DNA of 64,000 nucleotides, from the sequence record SRR20825006_2619, one strand, 5' to 3'. A program made the translations under genes and the position numbers. The notes under the pieces were generated by a model, which was given only the letters and a program-made list of their open reading frames with translations, was not told where the DNA came from and made no database searches. The stretch's first letter is position 1. Each line of letters opens with the position of its first letter. Positions 25,566 to 34,745 of the stretch are shown here, piece by piece.

Positions 25566-25597
25566 ACCTTACAAACATGATCTGAATGGTCAAGTAT
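25566..25597 (-). promoter_or_regulatory. Putative sigma70 promoter of cysH-rrf2 overlapped by an Rrf2-type operator
   Basis: Minus strand TTGACC-N16-TAAGGT. The imperfect palindrome AAACATGATCTGAATGGTCAAGTAT (25573-25597) resembles the IscR type-1 box. Confidence 0.5.
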
Positions 25598-25710
25598 CCC
25601 CATCGGCCGCCGAAGCGGTCCGCTTGAGCCGATCAAACTGGATCGTCACGACTTTGACGTATAATTGGAAAGGTCGCTCCATTTCGTCTGATGAGCCAAA
25701 GAACCGAGCC

Positions 25711-26970
25711 ATGAATACTTTTCGCCGCTTGCAACCGACACCTCGGTCATCTTTCCGTCGGAAAATGCGATTGATCGCGCGGGGGGTATTCGCGACTGGC
25801 GTAGCATGCCTGCCAGGTCGGGCGGCGGAGGCGGACACTTTGTTGCTCAGCACCGGTGGACAGTTGACCGGCAAGGTTCGCGAGGTGGAATCGAAAAAGA
25901 CGCCCTACGTCTTGGTGCAGGTCGATCAAGACCTCTCTGTCGCGATCGCAAAAGCGAACTCGCGAATGATTGTTGGCGATGAAAAGCTTCAGGAATACCG
26001 GCGCCGCGTCGTCGAAGCCGGCCAGGACGGGCAAGCACATTACGAGCTTGCGACTTGGTGCCGGCAAAACAATCTGCTGCAGCAACGGCAGTATCACTTG
26101 CTGCGAACAATCGACTTGCTACCCGACCATCCCAACGCCCGGGCCGCGCTGGGTTACACGCGGAAGGCCGGGAAGTGGATACTCACGGAAGTCTGGCGAC
26201 GGAATCAAGGATTGGTGAAAGATCGCAAGGGTCAGTGGGTTCTGCCGGAGGTCGTTGCTTGGCGAGAAAACGCCGACGTGAACGACAAAGTCGCGAAGCG
26301 TTGGATCAAGACGATCAAACAGCTGTTGTCCAAAATTCAGCGAGGCGACGCGGAAGCGATGGCTGAGATGGCAGCGATCGGTGACCCGCTGGCGTCGCAA
26401 GCGATTGCAAAGGAGCTGGTCGATTCACAAAAACGCGGTTCGAACTGGCGTCCGGTTCGAATGGTATGGCTCAACAAGTTGAAAGAATTTCGAACCGGGG
26501 CCGCCGTGGAAGCAATCGTAAAAACAGGGTTGTTGGATACCGACGATGTGGTTCGCGAAGATGCTCTGGCTTGGTTGCAATCCAATGAGACCAGTTCGGC
26601 AATCGCGACCTACATGCCGTGGTTGAAAAGCAACAACCCGAAGCAGGTCAAGGCCGCGGCTCGTGCTCTCGCATACTTCCCCAATCCCGAAGCAGCGTTC
26701 GTCTACATCGACGCATTGATCACGATCGAAAAACAAACGCAACAGGTCGGTGGTGGTTCACGAGCCGGGTTTGACAACGCCGGTGGAGGCGGGTTCTCTC
26801 AAGGCAGCAAACAAGTCGTCGTAAACACGCCGCATCGACACCCTGAGGTGTTGCAGTTACTGCGATCGATCGCACCGGACGTCGACTTTGGTTACGACAA
26901 ATCAGCGTGGAAGAACTACTTTGCGGAACTGCGATCGCCACCAAGATCGGATCTGCGACGAGACAGTTGA
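25711..26970 (+). CDS. Secreted planctomycete-type hypothetical protein with HEAT-like repeats
   Basis: Signal-like N-terminus, ELATWCRQNNL...HPNARAALGY...GKW module, helical C-terminal half ending DFGYDKSAWKNYF. Confidence 0.75.
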   Translation: MNTFRRLQPTPRSSFRRKMRLIARGVFATGVACLPGRAAEADTLLLSTGGQLTGKVREVESKKTPYVLVQVDQDLSVAIAKANSRMIVGDEKLQEYRRRVVEAGQDGQAHYELATWCRQNNLLQQRQYHLLRTIDLLPDHPNARAALGYTRKAGKWILTEVWRRNQGLVKDRKGQWVLPEVVAWRENADVNDKVAKRWIKTIKQLLSKIQRGDAEAMAEMAAIGDPLASQAIAKELVDSQKRGSNWRPVRMVWLNKLKEFRTGAAVEAIVKTGLLDTDDVVREDALAWLQSNETSSAIATYMPWLKSNNPKQVKAAARALAYFPNPEAAFVYIDALITIEKQTQQVGGGSRAGFDNAGGGGFSQGSKQVVVNTPHRHPEVLQLLRSIAPDVDFGYDKSAWKNYFAELRSPPRSDLRRDS

Positions 26971-26991
26971 CGCTTGTCACGGATGGTGCCC

Positions 26992-27104
26992 GTAGCCGCC
27001 GGAGAGTTTCCGTCGTAGCGTGTCCAGGTTTATCTCGGTGGGGGCCACCGAGCTACAGGTTGGAACGCTCGCCAAGCTGTCGCCGACGGAGGCTCTCCGT
27101 CGGC
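26992..27104. repeat. Cluster of three GTAG-type REP-like palindromes in alternating orientation
   Basis: GTAG-CCGCCGGAG-AGT-TTCCGTCGT (26992), CTCGGTGG-GGG-CCACCGAG-CTAC (27034-27056) and GTCG-CCGACGGAG-GCT-CTCCGTCGG (27079). Confidence 0.6.
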
Positions 27105-27255
27105 ATGAACAAAACCCATCGCCGCAAGCGAAGGTCTTCCCAACAAGTACGAGACGATGAGTCTCGATGTTGCTGGAACTTTGCGAAAGCCCCATGACAG
27201 GGGATTCAGAACCGGACGCGATTGCCCCCGGTTCTTATCCAGTGTCGTCCGCCAA

Positions 27256-28722
27256 TTAGGCGACAGGTTTGACTTCGTAACCTGGGCGGTATTCGCGGCG
27301 AAGGAACGGGTTGGCTGCATCAGCGTTTTCGCCAACGAATCGTTCCGTCTTTGGATCATGCGTCAGCATTGGGCCGGACTTCAATTCCGACATGTCGACG
27401 CCATATCGCTTCAATGATTCGTGCATGTCATCAAGGACGGCTGACCAAGCGGGAAGTTCCGATGCGGAACGCACTTGCTCATCGCTATAGTTGCCAGCAC
27501 AACGCATAGCGACATTGGCCAAGTTGCACCAACCAGTGCTGTGATGACCGTTCTCGATCGGTGCTGCCAAAGATTCAGCTTTGCGACTTTTGACCGCTTC
27601 GACAAAGTTGCTGACGTGGGCAGGAACGGTGCTTACGTCGGCCTTGAAGCTGCGGATGGTTTTGCCGTCCAGGTCGACAGCTTTGCCGCTGCCACGCTGG
27701 CCAAGGTAGTAGCCGCCTTCGCAGACGACGACATAGCCGCTGCCTGGTCCGGTCATCGGCTTGCCTCCGGGAACCTTCCAGCTGCCCTTTTCGCCCGGTT
27801 TGATCGACATATTGCTCAGTGCGATCACGGTCGGGAACATTTCGGTTTCGAACAAAGCGAAGTGCACATTGGGCGTTTGGCCCGCGTCTCCCCAACCCAT
27901 GCGTCCGCCAGCGGCGATCATCTTGGATGGCGTTGAAACTTTGTCTTGGTAAGCGACGTTGCGAATGTCATCCAGGATGTGGACACCCCAGTTGCCCATT
28001 TCACCACTGCCGGTGTTCCAATCCCAGTGCCAATCATAGTGAAGGTTGTTTCGCATGATGGGTTGGTCCTGAGCAGGGCCAAGCCACAAGTCGTAATTCA
28101 CTTCACTAGGGATTTCGAGTGGTTTGTCGCGTTTGCCGATCGGGCCGCGAACGCCGAGCCGGTTGGCTTGGACGTATTTGATTGCACCGAGCCCTTGGTC
28201 GTCGTGCAAGAACTTGCGAGCTTCCATTTGAATGGGATCGCTGCGTTGCTGGGTTCCCAGTTGAACGATCGCGCCGGACTTCTTCGCGGCTTCGACAACT
28301 TGACGGCCTTCCCACTGCGAGTGTGAGAGGGGTTTTTCGACGTAGACGTCTTTGCCCGCATCGATTGCCCACAGAGCAGCCAAGCAGTGCCAGTGGTTGC
28401 AAGTTGTGATGACAACCGCGTCCACATCGTCCGAATCAAGTGCTGCTCGCAGGTCAGTGTAAGCCTTTGCGCCATACTTTTTAGCCATCGACGCGGCTCG
28501 TTTTTCGTCTGGATCAGCAACCGCAACCAGTTTCGCACCAGCGACCGAGTCGACGGTTCGGGCCAGTTCGCCACCGCGTCCACCAGCGCCCAATACGGCA
28601 ATGCGGACTTCGTCGTTGGCCGCCGCACGGAGGGGGCTGCTTAAAGCGACGGTGCCAACACCAGCCGCGACACCGGCTAGAAATTGACGCCTTCCGAAAT
28701 TTGAAGTCGAGACTTCACGCAT
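27256..28722 (-). CDS. Tat-exported Gfo/Idh/MocA family oxidoreductase
   Basis: GRRQFLAG Tat motif, GAGGRG, NHWH, GKDVYVEKP, YDLWLGPA, NWGVHILD. Confidence 0.92.
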   Translation of the reverse strand: MREVSTSNFGRRQFLAGVAAGVGTVALSSPLRAAANDEVRIAVLGAGGRGGELARTVDSVAGAKLVAVADPDEKRAASMAKKYGAKAYTDLRAALDSDDVDAVVITTCNHWHCLAALWAIDAGKDVYVEKPLSHSQWEGRQVVEAAKKSGAIVQLGTQQRSDPIQMEARKFLHDDQGLGAIKYVQANRLGVRGPIGKRDKPLEIPSEVNYDLWLGPAQDQPIMRNNLHYDWHWDWNTGSGEMGNWGVHILDDIRNVAYQDKVSTPSKMIAAGGRMGWGDAGQTPNVHFALFETEMFPTVIALSNMSIKPGEKGSWKVPGGKPMTGPGSGYVVVCEGGYYLGQRGSGKAVDLDGKTIRSFKADVSTVPAHVSNFVEAVKSRKAESLAAPIENGHHSTGWCNLANVAMRCAGNYSDEQVRSASELPAWSAVLDDMHESLKRYGVDMSELKSGPMLTHDPKTERFVGENADAANPFLRREYRPGYEVKPVA

Positions 28723-28958
28723 GTTGTTGATCCTATGAAGTAAAGAGACGGGGAAATCGTGAATGAGCGGCCTAACTAAGATACGAAGCCCATCTAAGAA
28801 AAGCAAAGCACCCGTGAGGCTTTGTTAGCGGAAGATCCTCCGTCGCACGCCAAAAGACCTTAGGCATGATCGGGGAATCTGAGCCTGATGCCCGCCGGCG
28901 AAACGGCAACGTGGCCGATTCGCCGAGAAGTATCAGATGCCTTTCCCTGAACCGAACC

Positions 28959-30290
28959 TTACTCGTGACGCAGGGCTTCGATTGGATTCATTCGAGCTGC
29001 ACGAATTGCGGGATAAAGTCCGCTCACCAAACCGACCATGACCGCGATGATCACCGCCAATGGAATGGTTTCGTAGACAATTGCAGGTTGCGAATCACGA
29101 ATGGCGCTGGGCAATGCCTCGAATTGCTCTGGAAATCCACTTGCAACCAATCCAATGAACAGTCGGTACATCGGTGGACCGGCAAATCCCAGCAGAATGC
29201 CCAGGAACGCACCGGCGAAGCTGAGCACGATCGTTTCGACCAAAAATTGACGCACAATGTCTGCTCGTTTCGCACCGAGGGCGCGACGAATACCGATCTC
29301 GCGAGTTCGCTCGGTGACGCTGGCGAGCATGATATTCATAATCCCGATGCCGCCCACCAACAGAGAGATGCAGGCGATCAAGATCCCAATGCCCAGGAAC
29401 ATCAATCGCAAGTTGCGGGCTTGTTCCAGCAGCTCCAGTGGAACCACGACGGCGATGTCACCGACTTCCGCGTGCTTGGGTGCCAAAATGTTTTCGATGA
29501 CAGCGGCGGTCGTGCGGACCTGCGAAACCTTTTCGACTTGCAACGTGATCTGGTTCAGTTCCATCATTTCAATTTGGAACTGGCCACTGCGACGGGTCAC
29601 GATCGTGTCGCCGATGCGCTTTTGCATCGTCTGCATCGGAATGTAAACGTCTTTGGAAAAGTCTTGCGAGTCCAATGAGCCACCGATGGCCGCAGACGGA
29701 TTGCGAGCTTCCAAGACGCCAACGACACGGTAGAAATCAGTGTGCTCGGGAATGTAGATTCGTTTGCCGAGTGGTTCCTCATAAGGAAACAAACGTTCGA
29801 CAACACCCGTTGCGATCACGCAAACGTTTTCGTTGTTGAGTCCATCCGCGTCCGTCAAAAAGCGTCCGCCACGTTCGCGAATCTTGAGTTGATTGACGGT
29901 GGCGTAGCCGGGCGTGCAACCGACCAAACGTCCGTCGCACAACTTGTCTCGGTAGGTGAACTGGCGACGGATTTCGCGAATTGGAACTGCCTTTTGAATG
30001 GTTGGCAGCGTTGCGAGAATTTGGTCGAGCTCCGAACGCAACAGTCCGTACTTGGAGGCTGAGCGATCGACGAGTTTCTCTTCGGACGGTTTAACCGTTC
30101 GGACGATGATGGTTGTTGCACCAAGCGATTCAATTTGCTTCTGAACCTGATCACTGGCGCCTTGGCTGATCGCGGTCAACACAATCACGGCCCAAACTCC
30201 GATCAAGATACCCAGCATCGTCAGCCCGGTTCGAAGCGGGTGCAGAGTCAGGCTTTTGACACCGAGCGAGAATGTACGAAGCCACATCAT
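28959..30290 (-). CDS. MacB/FtsX-type ABC transporter permease
   Basis: LRTGLTMLGILIG, VGGIGIMNIMLASVTERTREIGIRRALGA, GLYPAIRAARMNPIEALRHE. Confidence 0.93.
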   Translation of the reverse strand: MMWLRTFSLGVKSLTLHPLRTGLTMLGILIGVWAVIVLTAISQGASDQVQKQIESLGATTIIVRTVKPSEEKLVDRSASKYGLLRSELDQILATLPTIQKAVPIREIRRQFTYRDKLCDGRLVGCTPGYATVNQLKIRERGGRFLTDADGLNNENVCVIATGVVERLFPYEEPLGKRIYIPEHTDFYRVVGVLEARNPSAAIGGSLDSQDFSKDVYIPMQTMQKRIGDTIVTRRSGQFQIEMMELNQITLQVEKVSQVRTTAAVIENILAPKHAEVGDIAVVVPLELLEQARNLRLMFLGIGILIACISLLVGGIGIMNIMLASVTERTREIGIRRALGAKRADIVRQFLVETIVLSFAGAFLGILLGFAGPPMYRLFIGLVASGFPEQFEALPSAIRDSQPAIVYETIPLAVIIAVMVGLVSGLYPAIRAARMNPIEALRHE

Positions 30291-31147
30291 GATTCGAGGC
30301 CCTGTTTTGCAAGGATAGCTTTGGCGGCTTCCCGCTGCGCGTTGCGAGCTTTTTCGCGTTGTGCCTCGGGGACCAAATCATCGCTGTGAAGCATACCGTC
30401 TTTAAGACGAACGACTCGCTTGGCTCGGTCCGCGACATCGTCTTCGTGCGTCACCAGAATGATCGTCCGGCCCTCACTGTTGAGGACATCGAACAGCGTC
30501 AAGATTTCTTCGGTCGTGACCGAATCCAGGTTCCCGGTTGGTTCGTCGGCAAGAATGAAGAATGGGTCATTGACCAATGATCGAGCGATCGCGACACGTT
30601 GCTGCTGTCCACCCGAGAGTTGGTTGGGACGGTGATCAAGTCGGTCGCCGAGGCCGACTCGGTCGGCCAGTTCGACAACTCGTTTGTGTTGCTCGGGCCC
30701 GAGTTTGCCCTGGTAGTACAACGGCACTTGAATGTTCTCAACAACACTGAGTTGTTGAATCAAGTTGTACGACTGAAAGACAAAACCAATCCGACGACTG
30801 CGGATGTCGGCGAGTTCATCATCGGACATGGTGCCGATGTCATCGTCGCCCAACATCAAGTGACCCGCGGTGGGTTGGTCCAAACATCCCAGCAGGTTCA
30901 GCAACGTACTCTTGCCGCTACCTGATGGTCCCATGATCGCGACAAAGTCACCCTCGGGCACATCGAATGAGACTCCACGAAGAGCACGTACGGTCTCGCT
31001 CTTGAGAACGTATTCCTTCGTCAGATTCTTGATGCTCGTGGCCAGGCGTTTTCCTTTCACGCCAGCCTTCGATTCGGTGTCTGCCACAGCGGTTCCGCTC
31101 AAAGATGCGTCCGACGTTTGAGGGTCATAGGCGTTGGGAACACTCAT
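30287..31147 (-). CDS. ABC transporter ATP-binding protein (LolD/MacB-like)
   Basis: GPSGSGKST, LSGGQQQRVAIAR, ILADEPTGNLD, VTH. Confidence 0.95.
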   Translation of the reverse strand: MSVPNAYDPQTSDASLSGTAVADTESKAGVKGKRLATSIKNLTKEYVLKSETVRALRGVSFDVPEGDFVAIMGPSGSGKSTLLNLLGCLDQPTAGHLMLGDDDIGTMSDDELADIRSRRIGFVFQSYNLIQQLSVVENIQVPLYYQGKLGPEQHKRVVELADRVGLGDRLDHRPNQLSGGQQQRVAIARSLVNDPFFILADEPTGNLDSVTTEEILTLFDVLNSEGRTIILVTHEDDVADRAKRVVRLKDGMLHSDDLVPEAQREKARNAQREAAKAILAKQGLES

Positions 31148-33006
31148 GACGCGACCGGAATGGTTTCAGTGACCTTCGTGATCGCTTTGGTCGGTTCGCT
31201 CTTCGAATCATCAACGTCGCCGGCGGAGTCCGAAACATCCTCGTTGGATGTCTCGATGGCGGTTTGCTGATTAGGGCGTGGGCGATTTGAGCCACCGCCG
31301 GCAGCACCTCCGCCGCCTTTGGGCGGACCACCTTCAGGTCGGCCCGCGCCGGGTTTTCGTCCGCCAGGAGGACCCTCGCCAGGTTTGCGTCCGGCTTCCG
31401 CACCTGTTGCGGCTTCCCCGGCACCTTCCGCGGGTGCGGTTTCGCGTAGGTCACGCATTTCGCTGTTGTCCACAGCGACGATCTCCGGCAAATCCAATAG
31501 GTTCAAATGTTCTCGCAGATTCAGAACGACTTTCTCGCCAGGTTCCAAACCCGAAACAATGTTTGCCATGGTGTCGTTGATCGCACCGGCTTCTACTGCG
31601 CGAGTTTCGAAGCTTTGTGGTCCGGTTTGTACCAGCGAATACATCTTTCCGCCGTGTTCATACAAGCCTTGGATCGGTACCTGGGTCGCATCGGGAAGCT
31701 GTTGGATGAACACTTCCACCGCCGCGGTCATGCCTGTTCGGATGATTTCGGGCGGATCGATGATTTCGATCGTCGTGGCGTATTCTTTGACCGAAGAACT
31801 GAACCAGCTACCGGGTTCGGCATAGCGGTTCACCTTGGTGACACGACCCTTCAACACGACGTCGGGCAATGCGTCCAAGCGAATCTTGGCGGGCATGCCT
31901 CGCTTCAGCAGTGTCACGCGAGATTCGTTGACTTTGCAACGAACTTGCATCCGAGTGGGATCGGGAAGTTCGATGATCGCTTGACGCTCACGCACTTGAG
32001 CACCGGCTTCGACGACAAACTCGGCGTTGCCGCCACGTGAACTGTATCGGTTGGCATGGACCACGACGCCGTCGGTCGGGGCGTACATCACACAGACTTC
32101 AATTTGTTGTTCGACTTCGGCGAGTTCCTGTTGCTCTTCCAACAACTCGGAGCGTGCCGCGGACAGCGTGGCTTCTGCCGCATCGATGTCGCTATCGAAC
32201 TGGACCAGCATCTTTCGGCGAGTCAGGTTCTGCAGCACCTTCAGGCGGCCCTGAGCTGATTCCAATTGGTTTTGAGCGTTTGCGAGTGCAAACTTGTCGG
32301 CTTCCAATTGCAACGATTTGACCAAACCTTTGGCGACCAAACGTTCTGTACTACCGATGGCCAATTGAGCCTTGCGAAGCTCCTGCTCAGCCACCGCGAT
32401 TTCGCTCAAGATCGCTTTCTCATCGGTCTTGTAGACGCCCTCGAGATACTCTTCGCGAGCGATCTTGGCTTGCTCGACCATTGCCGAAGCGGTGGCGACG
32501 TTGGCTTCGGCCACGATGACTTCAATCCGGTTTTCTTTTAGCTGGACTTCGAGATTGGATGAATCGAGCTCAACCAATTTGTCGCCCTTGCGAACGCGAG
32601 ACCCTTCGTCGATGACCCACAGAATTGATGTGCCTGATCCACCTCGAGATTCGATCTGGCAGATGATTTCGGTGTTGCTGCTACTCTCGATTTCGCCTTG
32701 TTCGACCACCGTGTGATCAAATGCCTCTTTGACGACTTCGGAAACGATCAAATCATCTGCACTGATGGTTGATTGTTTTGCGATGTATTGCTGGTAGCCG
32801 AAGTAACCTCCAACGCCAATCAAAACCAAACAGATCAACAGCCCGACCATGATCCCGCCTGTTCGCGGATGATCTGCCTCGCTGGCTGGGTGCTGCCAAG
32901 CCATAGCGGGAAGCTGGGAATTGCGGGTGATTGGGCGAGCCGAACGAAAGCGACGTCGCTCCGCTCCGGCTTGCTGCCGGGGCGGGCTGAATGTGGATGA
33001 TCGCAT
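31144..33006 (-). CDS. Efflux periplasmic adaptor (MacA/HlyD-like membrane fusion protein)
   Basis: TM anchor, lipoyl halves (EGSRVRKGDKLVELD, APTDGVV), long coiled coil and Gly/Pro-rich tail. Start uncertain. Confidence 0.85.
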   Translation of the reverse strand: MRSSTFSPPRQQAGAERRRFRSARPITRNSQLPAMAWQHPASEADHPRTGGIMVGLLICLVLIGVGGYFGYQQYIAKQSTISADDLIVSEVVKEAFDHTVVEQGEIESSSNTEIICQIESRGGSGTSILWVIDEGSRVRKGDKLVELDSSNLEVQLKENRIEVIVAEANVATASAMVEQAKIAREEYLEGVYKTDEKAILSEIAVAEQELRKAQLAIGSTERLVAKGLVKSLQLEADKFALANAQNQLESAQGRLKVLQNLTRRKMLVQFDSDIDAAEATLSAARSELLEEQQELAEVEQQIEVCVMYAPTDGVVVHANRYSSRGGNAEFVVEAGAQVRERQAIIELPDPTRMQVRCKVNESRVTLLKRGMPAKIRLDALPDVVLKGRVTKVNRYAEPGSWFSSSVKEYATTIEIIDPPEIIRTGMTAAVEVFIQQLPDATQVPIQGLYEHGGKMYSLVQTGPQSFETRAVEAGAINDTMANIVSGLEPGEKVVLNLREHLNLLDLPEIVAVDNSEMRDLRETAPAEGAGEAATGAEAGRKPGEGPPGGRKPGAGRPEGGPPKGGGGAAGGGSNRPRPNQQTAIETSNEDVSDSAGDVDDSKSEPTKAITKVTETIPVAS

Positions 33007-33164
33007 GATTTTCAGGCGGGGGCCGTGGGGAGAGAACGGAGGGCTAACATTTGAACCCCAAAAATCAGCGAAGGTTTCGCGTGGTTTTTGTGGGGAAGGT
33101 GAACACGGCGAGTCCACCAGTCGGGCCAATATGTTACTTGACCCAACCGATCCCCCAACCGTTT

Positions 33165-34622
33165 TTACGAAAAATATCGATCTGACGAGATCGATTTTTC
33201 GCCATCGGAGTCGCCCGATTGTCGCAATTTCTCGCACAATTCGTTCGAATCCATCGCGAATCGGGGGTTGATTTCGACTTTGACCGAATCGTCGACCGTC
33301 ACGCCGCAGGATCTCAACCAGCCTCGGTGGAGATCGCAAATCGCTTGTTGGGCCAATTCGGGGGTGTCCGTCGCCGCACCATTGGCATTCTTAACCGGTG
33401 CAAAGGCCTCGGCCGGATTGGCTTCGCAAACAATCGTGTTTTTCGCATTTGGGAGCAAATCAAAGATGAATTGCTCGAACTTGGTGGCGTTGGGGCTTTC
33501 GGGAGTCACCAATTGGCCGTCCGCATCCACATGCGAGACCTTTTTGTTGGCCCGGTGAATTGGAAGGGACGTGTCCAGATCCAGCATCCGCTCCAGGAAG
33601 TCCAGGTCGAACAAATGGACAGCGATGTTGCCGGCCCAAAGTTTCAGGCTGCCATCGGCGTTGGTCATTTCGGCGGCCGAGTCAGGCAGGTCGCTGTACT
33701 CGATGATCTGGGTCTGACCGTCGATCTCGACGACGTTTCCGACTTTTTCGGTTGGGTAGCGTTTGCGGATGACTTGCGTGGTCATCTCGCTGCTGGCCAG
33801 TAAATGGTGGCCGATAAAAACGGGATCGCACAAACCGACCAGCGGATTGTCGACCTGGAAGTAGAACAGATGTTTGCGTCCGTTCTTCCGCATTTCTTCC
33901 ATGCACCCGTTTCGTGAAAGAGCACGCAGGGTTCCGCCATGGCCGTCAGGGCTGAGCGCGAGAGAGCCTTTCTCCGCCAACAACACTTGTCCGGTCTCCG
34001 CATCGACCGCGGGCATGGTGCCTTGTTGAAAGATCGTGACCTGCTCGGGTTTCAACCCCAGGTAATTGTTCTCTTCAAAGTAGCGACGTGTCTCGACGTG
34101 GGTCGCTTCGCTGGTCATCAGATACAAAGGCACGTCGACGCCATACTTTTCGCCCGCCGCAATCAAACGATCCGCGAAGAACTGAAAGAGTGTTCGCTCG
34201 CTGACGGGCCCTACGGGGAACATGCCTTTTGGTTGATCGAACCCCAGCCGAGTTCCCTGTCCTCCGGCAACCAACACGGTCGCGATCTCGCCGGCTCGGA
34301 GGGCTTCTTCGCCACGCTTCTGGGCGTCTTCGAGAGTCCAATCGCAACCGCTGCCATCGCTGGCGACCGCTTGAGGCATTGTTGCCCGCGCGGCCAGTTC
34401 ACCGAAGTCGACCGATTTGTCTTTGCCTTCGATCAGCGTTTTGAGCCGGGCGAAGTCCACTTGCGAGATCTGCTCGCTCAATCGAGATTGCTGGTCAGAA
34501 TCAAGCGAGTCCCAAAAACGCAGCAGGTGTGTTTGTTCGAAAGGCTCCAAGCGAGATTTCAGCTCATCGAACGAAAGATTGGGTTGGCTTTGAGCGGACG
34601 ACTGGGCGGCAGACATTGGCAA
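33165..34622 (-). CDS. UDPGP type-1 family, UDP-N-acetylglucosamine pyrophosphorylase (UAP-like)
   Basis: AGGQGTRLG..PKG, PDGHGG, QVDNPL, EKVG, IEYSD, KFEQFIFD, FAPVKN. Confidence 0.9.
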   Translation of the reverse strand: MPMSAAQSSAQSQPNLSFDELKSRLEPFEQTHLLRFWDSLDSDQQSRLSEQISQVDFARLKTLIEGKDKSVDFGELAARATMPQAVASDGSGCDWTLEDAQKRGEEALRAGEIATVLVAGGQGTRLGFDQPKGMFPVGPVSERTLFQFFADRLIAAGEKYGVDVPLYLMTSEATHVETRRYFEENNYLGLKPEQVTIFQQGTMPAVDAETGQVLLAEKGSLALSPDGHGGTLRALSRNGCMEEMRKNGRKHLFYFQVDNPLVGLCDPVFIGHHLLASSEMTTQVIRKRYPTEKVGNVVEIDGQTQIIEYSDLPDSAAEMTNADGSLKLWAGNIAVHLFDLDFLERMLDLDTSLPIHRANKKVSHVDADGQLVTPESPNATKFEQFIFDLLPNAKNTIVCEANPAEAFAPVKNANGAATDTPELAQQAICDLHRGWLRSCGVTVDDSVKVEINPRFAMDSNELCEKLRQSGDSDGEKSISSDRYFS

Positions 34623-34745
34623 CTGGTGGATTCGTTGGAGGAAAGGTGAATGCAGTGAATTGCAAGCAAAGACGGCAGCTCAGACCAGCATATTCTGTTC
34701 CGTACCCATTCCAGCCACCCGTTGGGGAGATTCGCGAAAACTTCC

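Noticed and set aside
26992..27236. CRISPR array or known ncRNA (SRP, 6S, tmRNA)
   Set aside because: The units are not identical direct repeats with unique spacers, there are no cas genes, and no hallmark motifs of those RNAs are visible.
33007..33339. Long N-terminal extension of the efflux adaptor ORF overlapping the UAP gene
   Set aside because: It would overlap the upstream gene by about 175 nt and looks non-coding. A downstream ATG is more plausible.
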